Source of the DNA: Guillardia theta CCMP2712
Lineage: Eukaryota; Protista; Cryptophyta
Reading direction: 5' to 3'
Length of the DNA stretch: 64,000 nucleotides
NCBI RefSeq assembly: GCF_000315625.1
Contig: NW_005434622.1
Coordinates: 343,242-407,241, forward strand
The translations under genes and the position numbers were made by a program. Shown here piece by piece: positions 60,677 to 64,000 of this stretch. The stretch's first letter is position 1. Each line of letters opens with the position of its first letter. Under the pieces are notes generated by a model. It was not told the DNA's origin. It worked only from the letters and a program-made list of their open reading frames with translations, and ran no database searches.

Positions 60677-61672
60677 ATGGCGAAGGCGTGGGAGGACGGT
60701 TCAGGAGGCGCAATGAGACTAAGACCATGGCACGTACCATTAGACAGCAGCAGGACAAAGACAGAGACAGAGACAGAAGAACTCAAGGCTCTGAGGAACT
60801 AGAGGTTCAAGTAAAAAGGATAGACGGTATAGAGTGACAAGCTACATCCTGAACTTTCCGTTCATTCATCGACTTCAGTCAAAAAACGCGCAACAGCAGC
60901 TGAAAGAGCCGATTAGCCTGATTGTTGATCCCATCGCCTGTCGTTCTTGTATCCCATCGCCTTTCTTTCTTGTACATGTATTTCAAGAGAAATAACCTCA
61001 AGATGCAGAGTGAAAATTTATGTTTGAGCTGGAAATAACGCCATATTTTGCAGGACGCGAAAGAGCTTACATTTTGATCTGTACTTAACGTATTCTTGTT
61101 GGTAAGGCACATCTCAATTCCCCTTTGGCTCGACAAGAAACTTCAAAGAGACTTTGAGAGGCCAAGCCAGCTGACCAAAAGCAAAAATGTCGCACAAGCA
61201 GAGGGTCGCTGAGTTAGTGGAGGAGGCTGAAAAGATTCAAGCATGCACCAAAGTGCTAGTCCATGCAGCAACAGTGGTAAGTCCGTAGGTGTACTGCCTG
61301 TTCCTGTACACTTGCTCGCTCTATTCCTAGATGACATTTGAGTCCAGATTGGAAACATGGCTGAAAACCTTCAAATATTGGGTGAAAATACAGAGGAAAC
61401 TCAGAAGAGTATCGACAGATGGAAAGGTGTTGTGCACTGAAGTGGATTACTCCGTTCTCTCATGCTTTCATCATCCAGATGTTTTCCTACCTCAGGACAA
61501 CGTCGAGACCAGAGTTGAGGAGATTGCTTCCCAGAAACGCAAAGTTGCTTTCTGCGACGCTCCGAAGAGCTCCTCAGCCAGGTGGAGTGAAGAGTAGAGC
61601 ACTCGTTACTATCAACTGACGAGCAATGATAGGAGTTCTCTCCCTGCACAGGCGAAGAAGCGTCGAGCTTGA
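60677..61672 (+). pseudogene. Probable decayed multi-exon gene
   Basis: ATG behind TTTGAAATTTGAA, intron-like GT...CAG segments and exon-like pieces (DNVETRVEEIASQKRKVAF, AKKRRA*) interrupted by stops. Confidence 0.3.
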
Positions 61673-61870
61673 GGAAGAGACGAATGTGGTCGGAAAGTGA
61701 ACCACATCCTCCGTGACACTCAATGGGTTGTAGAATATAAAAGCTTCTGAATGTGGTGCTCACTGGTGTCAGAGACTCGCCGGGTAGCCAGAACATGATC
61801 TAGAGGCCCGATCAATATGGGCCTGGGGCCAGCGAAGCAGTTCCAACAAAGAGATCGAGTAGAAATATCA

Positions 61871-61968
61871 AATTCTCAGAAACCATCCGGATTTTCAAGT
61901 AGAATTGTAGGTCTTATTTTATTGTCAGATTAGGATATTTTATTCCGGATGAGTCGAAAGTTGAGAAT
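61871..61968. repeat. Diverged direct repeat copy A with internal inverted symmetry
   Basis: AATTCTCAGAAACCATCCGGATTTT...ATTGTAGGTCTTAT...TTTATTGTCAGA...GGATATT...TCCGGATGAGTCGAAAGTTGAGAAT. Confidence 0.85.
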
Positions 61969-63105
61969 CCATTTTTGAGATCAAAAATCGCCTACAGTAC
62001 TGCGTTTCTTCCTCTTTTGACCCTAAGCGAAAACTCATGCTGGTGGCGATGGAAGGAAGATAGATCGCAATTGTTCTCAAACAGTATGCTGTTTGTTCCT
62101 GACAAATAATGCAAATAACATAGGGAAATCATTTCTCCATCGATTAAAATTTTGAGAAGGTATATATTCAATCCACCCATGATTTTCGTAAAATTTGACA
62201 TATGGATCTCCTTTGTTAGAGCCTCAATCTGAGGTGATGTGCATGAAGTTTTGTTAGGCAATATCGCATGACACTCTTCGCAGCAACCATCTTTCCGAGG
62301 CTTGCCATTCCTCCGGATGTGACGGCGGCAAGGAAGATGGGTCAGGTTCAGGTTTTGCACTCCTTGGTAGAGACTGATGGTTTCATTGATCTATACTGAC
62401 TGAAGATTGGTGCAGTTTGTAAGCAGCAGTGCTTTTGTGTTGTACTTCAAGTTCTGTGTATGTTATTGCGCCAGGTGACATCTTAACTTAATGCTTTTCC
62501 TGTTTTCCCTGTTTTTCCTGTCATCCTTTTGAACAAAAGTGCAGGATGCAGCATTTGTTGGCAGCAACCACGAGGGATCCATTTTCAAATCTCAGAATTC
62601 AGGCAACTCAACCTTTCCTTCGTTTGCAACGCTACACAAATCCTTGGAATCCAGATAAGTAGGTCGAAAGAAAAATTTCAGGTTTGAGATTTTAGATTGA
62701 TCAGCAGAGGCTTTGAGGGACAGGAAGCTAACAAGTTGGTGATGAATGCCCATGAAGGAGGACTCTTGAGGAGTAGATGATGAAGGATCCAAAAAGAAGG
62801 AAAAATGGTCACAATTGTGTAGGAAGGACACAGGTTCTCCTTGGTAGAAGAGACTCAGATTTGAGATCAGTATCCTTTATGAGATCAGTATCCTTTGAAG
62901 GGACACGCGACACAGTGCATTCCCAGTTTGGACAGGTGTTCAACAGAGAGTTGGGTTGGAGGAAATGTGAGACTCCTTCCCGAGCATCAACTCATAAAGC
63001 AGTCACGATCATTTCATGCGTTTTGTTCTGATGAGAAGAAGGATTCGAGGTGGTGTATTATCATTTGACATCCAGCATACGGACGAACATCTAGATGTCA
63101 TAAAT

Positions 63106-63200
63106 AATTCTCAGTAACCATCCGGATTTTTATTGTAGGTCTTATAATAGTTTATTGTCAGACGGGGATATTAATCCGGATGAGTCAGAAGTTCAAAATT
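63106..63200. repeat. Diverged direct repeat copy B with internal inverted symmetry
   Basis: AATTCTCAGTAACCATCCGGATTTTTATTGTAGGTCTTAT...TTTATTGTCAGA...GGATATT..TCCGGATGAGTCAGAAGTTCA. Confidence 0.85.
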
Positions 63201-63468
63201 TATTTGAGAGATCTAACAGAGTACCGGTCAAGTTCAGGAGAGTACAAATGATGGGGTACAAAATATACATTGCATCGGGTGTATTTACTTTGAGATTTGA
63301 TATGGACCGATGTCCGCTTCAACTATAGTACCCAATATTAGTACCAATAAATAGTTTTTGAGTGAATTCTGGTCGATATCTATTTGATAACAAATCTTTT
63401 ATGTTTTTATTTTGTACCAATATTGTACGGCCAAAAGTCTTTGATCCCGGTACAACAAAAAGTACGAA

Positions 63469-64000
63469 ATGGCGGAAACTAGCGGAGAATGCCTGTTTGG
63501 ACGCGAATGTCGAATACAGGGAGCTCCATGCAACCCTGCGACTGGGACTGGACATAAGTGCCGGAAATGTGGTGGCAACTTTCATGCAGTATGTGCCAGT
63601 TTTCGAAGTGAGGATCCTGGATTTTGTGGTTGTCAATCGCCGCCTCCTCCCAGCGATGATGTGCAGTCAGCGATAGCAATTGACGAATCGGAAGGAGATG
63701 GCATGTCAGTGTCATCTTGCACGTCACAATTAGATGATGGGATGGAGGGACCAAGCTCGATGTTTCAAAATCCCACTGCTGCTGCAAGACCCAACAATGC
63801 ACGACCAAAGAGAAAACGTTCTTCTACAGAAGCTGAGTCTGCTCTGTGGGACAACTTACGCGTACAAGACGAAGCAGCGCTCGAAGCATCAGTGGAAGCT
63901 ATCCGCGAGAATACGATATCGAAGAAGAGCAGGAAGATGTATACCAGCTCCATGATACGTCTTTTGCAATGGCTCTATGTCAACAGAAAAGAAGTTCTCA
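63469..64000 (+). mobile_element. 5' part of an intronless ORF: Cys/His zinc finger + probable core-binding domain of a Crypton-like tyrosine recombinase (runs off the window)
   Basis: Open from ATG 63469 to the window end: MAETSGECLFGRECRIQGAPCNPATGTGHKCRKCGGNFHAVCASFRSEDPGFCGC...RPKRKR...IRENTISKKSRKMYTSSMIRLLQWLYVNRKEVL. The catalytic domain is not visible. Confidence 0.5.

Noticed and set aside
63362-63955. ORF-track ORFs 63362-63676, 63734-63955 and their antisense partners
   Set aside because: Alternative frames of the continuous ORF starting at 63469.
1-64000. tRNA, rRNA or snRNA genes
   Set aside because: None recognised by eye; a tRNAscan-SE/Infernal run would be needed to exclude them.

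Overview
Eukaryotic nuclear DNA: gene-dense, with many short (~45-60 bp) GT-AG introns, microsatellite-filled longer introns and a bipartite plastid-targeting leader. This pattern suggests a cryptophyte such as Guillardia theta (inference). About 14 protein genes were assembled by eye. In order: 3' end of an L-galactose-dehydrogenase-like aldo-keto reductase, intronless ER BiP, an orphan gene, a ~10-kb gene with a novel ~97-aa repeat plus seven capped LRR cassettes, IWS1/SPN1, a lumenal FKBP, ARPC1, a PH-domain protein, Claspin/Mrc1, NHP2, FANCJ, CEP19, a giant centriolin-like protein, CASC3/Barentsz and a plastid DUF4336 protein. The AT-richer last ~3.3 kb holds degenerate coding DNA, two diverged self-complementary ~95-bp direct repeats and the start of a Zn-finger + Crypton-like tyrosine-recombinase ORF that the ORF track misses. 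The most striking unexplained signal is intergenic. Upstream regions repeatedly carry strand-oriented arrays of an ACCC(Y)AC / GTRGGGT motif, often spaced ~32-33 bp apart with unrelated spacers, and frequently next to very GC-rich, palindrome-dense islands. All exon boundaries are manual predictions.
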